Positions 58,311 through 64,000 of a DNA stretch of 64,000 nt are shown here, in pieces (the first letter of the stretch is position 1; each line of letters opens with the position of its first letter). Under the pieces are notes generated by a model. It was not told the origin of the DNA, did no database searches, and was given only the letters and a program-made list of their open reading frames with translations. Source of the stretch: Eledone cirrhosa (lineage: Eukaryota); contig OZ024755.1 in NCBI GenBank assembly GCA_964016885.1, positions 14,942,001 to 15,006,000 of the forward strand. Direction: 5' to 3'. The position numbers and the translations under genes are program-made.

Positions 58311-59583
58311 TTCTTATTCACGGAACGTGTCCACTAGTAAAAAAACATACTATGAAAATATAGTGAATATGACCATGTTATTTCCATGTATACATTTGTG
58401 TAAAATATGTAGGCATGGCTGAGTGTCTAAGAATTCTGATTTCGAATCATAAGGCCACGAATTCCATCCCACTGCATGGGATGTTTAATATAGTACATTA
58501 ATATAGTAGATTGCAGCCTTGTGAATGAAAATAAGTAGACGGGATATCTGGGTGTATTGTAACTAATACAAATATCAAGTCTTATCAGTCACATGCTGGG
58601 TCATGCTAATTGTGCTTATGTTAATATTGCATATGCTTAGGGAATGCTCAGTCACACACATGATTATTAAATGAGCAGATTATTTCGTTGATCGAACAAT
58701 TAGAAGTATCGTCAAAACCGACGGAGTTCCGTTACTTAAAACTTAGTTGTATTACATACGATGGAAATGGAGGAAATATGATGGAGGTATCTCAACGTGG
58801 GAATATTGCAGTTATATAAATTGATTGTCACTTCCAGGAAAACACTACATTCTTTCCTCAGCAATAGTTAATATCTACCCCCCCCCCCCCCCACACCCCT
58901 TTCATCCTCCTCCTCCTACTACTACTATAGCTGTTGCTACTACTAACAACAACAAGAATATTACTACGACAATTACACTCAACTCTCCACCTACTACTAC
59001 TACTACTACTTCAACGAAGTTGTTGCCTCTAACGCTATAATTATTTCATGATTTTATGATAATATTTAATATAAACACCAATTAATTAGAACGTCAATAT
59101 TTAAGTGTAAGGGAATGTAGTTAGTATACAGTGACTCCGGTAAAGCCGTGGTGTAATGACACGTTAAATAAGCCTAATTTTCTTAGATATTAGACGAATA
59201 TTTTTTTATTCACTAACAAATTCATAAATCCGCCCAAGTCAAATAAAGGAAGAAGTAAAAGCGCAATGATAAGCCGCAACCAATAATTTTTATGATCCAC
59301 AGAAAAACGTAACATTTCTATTTTAATTGGATATATGAATTTGTTTACATTGGTGTGATGTTGGTTATAGTCAATATTATTCGAAAAGCATAGGCAGTGC
59401 ACGTTTTAGTTTTGTTTGATAAGAGAAATGATGTAACAAAGTTATTAGCTGACATTTTATATTTATAATGAATGACAAGTTAACATTTTAAACAAATTTC
59501 ACCCCGTGGAAATTCTACCGTTTCAGTTAATAAACAACCGCCAAGTATTGAAAATCAGAAAATCAATGTTAAATTTAAAACAT

Positions 59584-59819
<236 letters not shown>

Positions 59820-61429
59820 CAAGTATGTGTGTATGTGTATGTGCCTGTGTTTCTCTGTGTGCTTATGTGTCTATGTGTGTGTATTTAAAGTAATTAGGTA
59901 GTTATTATAAAGAAAAGTTGTAAGATTATATTATAAGAAAAGCTGTAAGATTTTTATATCATATTATACATGTTTAATAGACTTATGTTGCAGCCTGCGA
60001 AATGTTGGGGAATATGTAATATTTGATATTTTGTGGATTTGGGATATCTAACAAACATTCAAGACAATTTCGATTGTCAACATCACATTTAGGCTTTTTG
60101 CTGTTATATGGTCCCTGTTGATAGAATACTAAATCGATTGACATGGAGAATAGTGAAGGTCATGTGCTGAATGAGCCAATTCTGGGTAAGAATTAGTGAA
60201 CTAACAGAGAAAGATACATATGGCAAGATACGTATGCAAGGCAGCAAGGTATGTTTTCGCTCTTTATTCAAGAGACACACAGAAAGAGGTTTCCATATAA
60301 CTGCAACTTTACAATTGACCTTAAATTATGACCTGGAGGTAGCTATACCAATTTGTGGAGTGATATCTTCAGCTTTGTTCAATGTAGAACTTATGTGTCT
60401 GCGGCTATTCAATGTATTTTCGTTTCATATGAATTTATTTAACCAATAAATGAGCATAAATACACATAAGTAAATGGTGAACACATAATTAATGTATGTG
60501 GCATAACCTATATAACTTCCTATTGAATAGTCTGATAAACAAATTTATTTTATCAGAATAAAGTTTCGATATCCTAATTCATCATATGATCTGCCCAAGG
60601 TTCCCCCCGCCCCTACTATCTTTCTCTCTCTCTCACTCATACACCTACACACACACTGTGTTTGTCAATGCCAATTTACGCACACACAATCAATCACAAC
60701 AGAACACGCAAGAAGTGTACGCTAGAGTAAATCTTTCTTTGTCAAATATAATTATCGCCTGCGTCTAAAATTCTGCTCTGGCTCTATAATATAAAGTATG
60801 TTTATATTCAACAATTTTTTTTACTGATCAATAACTAATACAAACTAACCATTCTTCTTATGTTTACATTTCGGTTTGTTCATAGCGTTTTTGATCCTCG
60901 ATTTCAACGAATAAATTAACATCTCATTGAACATTTTTCTTTATTTCTACCAGAAGTAACCATTAGAAATTTAACTCGGAAACAAACTTTTGTTTATATT
61001 TTCATCTCAAATATGTACATAACCACAATGCGTTTTACGAAATAAATACCTCAATACAGAACGAAATAAGATATTTCCATATTTATTATTCTATTTATAT
61101 GCAAATGCTTTACATCATAGACTAGATTCTCTATTTAAGCTGTTTCGTTTTTCGGGTGATCGACATTTATGCCATCGCAATTTTTCAAGCAAATATTTAT
61201 TTTTAGTATTATATTTTTTGGGGTATATAAGCAATCGTACTTCTATCAACAATAGCTACCGTTTTCATTGACTAGTTTTTAAGTATTAGTTTGTGGTGGT
61301 GTTCTGATTGTTATCGTGTTGTCACTTTTCGTTGGAATTTTCGGTTGTTCCATTTTTGTTGGTTGATTTTGTGAGCATATTCAGTTTTTCTAGGTTTTCC
61401 TTCGCTTACATTAGAACAATCATGCTCTG

Positions 61430-61880
61430 TGATGTATGGCCAATTATTGTGTTTGTAATGGAGGTTAGTCTGTTTCGATTTGGACATTCTCCAGGGAAAA
61501 GATTTCTACGCTAGCAGAAACGTAAAGTTTTGTACCTGTTCAACTTAGTGTTTATTCAAGGAACGTGGATTTTCTAGGATGAACACAGAATATCAACTCC
61601 TTGCTTAGTAGACACAGAGACTTGCGGCAGCATGATATTTAAATATAAAATAGCTTTAAATTCCCCACAACCTTACGTATTCTATGTATTGAAATATCCT
61701 GCACTCTATGGTGCTTCTAGCAGTGGTGTTGAAATACTGTTCTTTAAAGATGATTGTCAACCTATTTCTAAATCTGTCGTTTTAGAATTGCATCACGTTA
61801 TAAGAAACTGCTACTCAATCGTCCCTATATATTCCAGACATATGGGTGTTTTGTGTTTCTTGGTGGGGTCTAAGGATGTG
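61430..61880 (-). pseudogene. Decayed Penelope-like reverse transcriptase fragment (catalytic YxDD region)
   Basis: Minus-strand SGIYRDD*VAV...NDRFRNRLTIIFKE (GIYRDD at 61835-61818) matches PLE GLYRDDGL...DR.RK.L..IFK. It contains stop codons and the boundaries are approximate. Confidence 0.7.
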
Positions 61881-61911
61881 TATAGCTAAAAGTGTTACCT
61901 CCACCATAGCT

Positions 61912-61951
<40 letters not shown>

Positions 61952-61954
<3 letters not shown>

Positions 61955-62484
61955 AGAGTATTGAAGTTTGCTTGAAGCATTGTGGAATAATAAGTAAATA
62001 TCTTTAAGTCGTTTGGAAGCCTCGACAATGCAAATGGGTAAATCTCCGGGTAACAAGATCCGGTGGTGGAGAGAGAGATGTAAGTGGGTGTACGTTGAGA
62101 TGCGTGGTGTGTATAAGATATGTAAGATGTGTAGAAGAATGAAGGGAAGAGTATAAAGGATAAAATAAAAATAAAAATAACAACACAAGAGAGAGTTACC
62201 TTGGGAGAGATTTAATAGTCCCTATTAATAGGGACTATTAAATAGGGACTATTAAATAGGGACTATTAAATAGGGACTATTAAATAGGGACTATTAAATC
62301 TCTCCCAAGGTAACTCTCTCTTGTATTTTTATTTTTATTTTATCCTTTATACTCTTCCCTTCATTCTTCTACACATCTTACACATCTCAACGTACACCCA
62401 CTTACATCTCTCTCTCCACCACCGGATCTTGTTACCCGGATATTTACCCATTTGCATTGTCGAGGCTTCCAAACGACTTAAAGA

Positions 62485-62490
<6 letters not shown>
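61952..62490. mobile_element. TA-embedded fold-back element, family D
   Basis: Tail 61952-61994 and inverted arms 61995-62226 and 62283-62490, with a central 14-bp tandem. (TA)n lies on both sides. Confidence 0.8.
62227..62296 (+). repeat. Five perfect copies of AATAGGGACTATTA at the fold-back apex
   Basis: Direct reading. The last unit continues into the right arm, and the left arm ends in the reverse complement of the unit. Confidence 0.95.
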
Positions 62491-62524
<34 letters not shown>

Positions 62525-63163
62525 TATATATATATGAATATTGATTGTTCCTTATATCTCATTCTGTTATTTTGCCCGAGAAAATATCTGTGTGTGTCAT
62601 CAAATGTTGTACACACATAGATATTATTTTTCAATTTCCAATTGAGTTCTTAGCACGTGGCCTGAATTCCTTTCAGAGTTCATTGTCACGCGCATGTATT
62701 GTTATTTTTGGCGGTAATTCACTTCCTCATTTTTTGAATCAGTTCGAGCACTTCTTTCAGAACTGCTGGACTGGCAACCTGACAGATACCTCAGGCACAG
62801 AAAGTGATTATCGCTAAATGCTGATGTTGGTTAGATTATCAATATTAGTATTATTGGGGCACCCACTGATGAATTATAGGAGCCCACTTGAATATATATC
62901 TATTGATGGTATACAAGCTCCTACATAAATTGGTATAATTTCACCCAAATTGTAGGAATCCTATAATGAAACGAGACGTCCGTCTGGGAAGAGATATATT
63001 AGATATGTCTCATTTGAAATAATACAGCCAATTTTCCACGCAATACTTTTAGTCAGCACCCCGAACACATAATTGGGAATATAATCACTTATTTCCTAAT
63101 GTTTGTTGAGTGAGTTGGAATGTGGCCGGAGTATCGCTAAAAAGCTTTCTCCGATACTGTATT

Positions 63164-63217
<54 letters not shown>

Positions 63218-63586
63218 CTAATTAGCTGTGCTGATTTGAGACAGCAAGAGCTAAATATAAGGAGGGCGTCAATATATTTCGCTCTATAGTTTTCTGCATT
63301 TAATGTTGCTAATAGAAGTGCACTTTCCCGAAATTACAGGATTTTGATGAAAATGGATTCATATAGAAATCTACTATATCTAATTGATTAAATTAGTTTC
63401 ATATGTTATCGGAATATTTGATAATCAAAGCTCTGAAGTTCCATGTTGCAAATGTTGTGGTGTTTCTGATCTTAAACTTAATTCTGCAAAGTAAACATCA
63501 TAGACCTTTGCCCAATTTAGATTTTGAGCGCTTTATATTTGAGCCTATACATACATTCATTCACACACACACACACACACACACGG

Positions 63587-63633
<47 letters not shown>

Positions 63634-64000
63634 GAGCGTATAAATCATTTTCACCGAAGCAGCTCCTTTAGCGTTTTCAGTAAGCATACGGTGTTTCTCC
63701 AGGATAGCTCTCAACAAGGATACATTTATATAAATAAAGCAATAATGTAATCCGAACTAATTTATTTCACATTGTTGTATTTACCTAAACTGAAGAAGAT
63801 ACGAAGCCATCAATTGTCGTTGAGTGTCACATGTCTGTTTAAATACTTTGCTTCCTATTGCATCCTTTCAACATACGTTTTTGTTATTTACTATCACTAA
63901 ATCTACAGAAGATTTAAGAAATAGGGAATACTATGTTTAAACTGAGTTTGAACATTCACACAAGATTTTACGTACTTTATTCTATGCTGCAGTAACTGCT

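Noticed and set aside
60125-60250. Candidate small exon with GTAAGA or GTATGT donor
   Set aside because: Weak acceptor and no recognisable protein.
62420-62490. Hammerhead in family D
   Set aside because: ATCTT/AAGAT could form stem I, but the core boxes are not recognisable.

Overview
AT-rich, microsatellite-dense eukaryotic DNA. The SINE sequences and repeat landscape strongly resemble an octopus (cephalopod) genome; this is an inference from recognised motifs, not a database result. No intact protein-coding gene is supported, and nearly all listed ORFs are simple-repeat artefacts, so the window is probably intronic or intergenic. It holds many tRNA-derived SINEs, a few Tc1/mariner-type MITEs, decayed Penelope-like (PLE) reverse transcriptase fragments and an R4/Dong-type RT fragment. 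The main signal is a set of at least six unrelated short elements, nearly all embedded in (TA)n tracts. Several share a fold-back architecture, (TA)n-[inverted arm]-[arm]-[40-90 nt tail]-(TA)n, and most carry type I hammerhead ribozyme folds. Two folds have fully canonical cores (34077-34137 minus, 26552-26601 plus), two differ by one core base, and two combine a variant core with an unusually long stem II. One fold-back apex carries a 14-nt unit repeated five times, suggesting telomerase-like reiterative synthesis. All folds and translations were done by eye and need computational confirmation.
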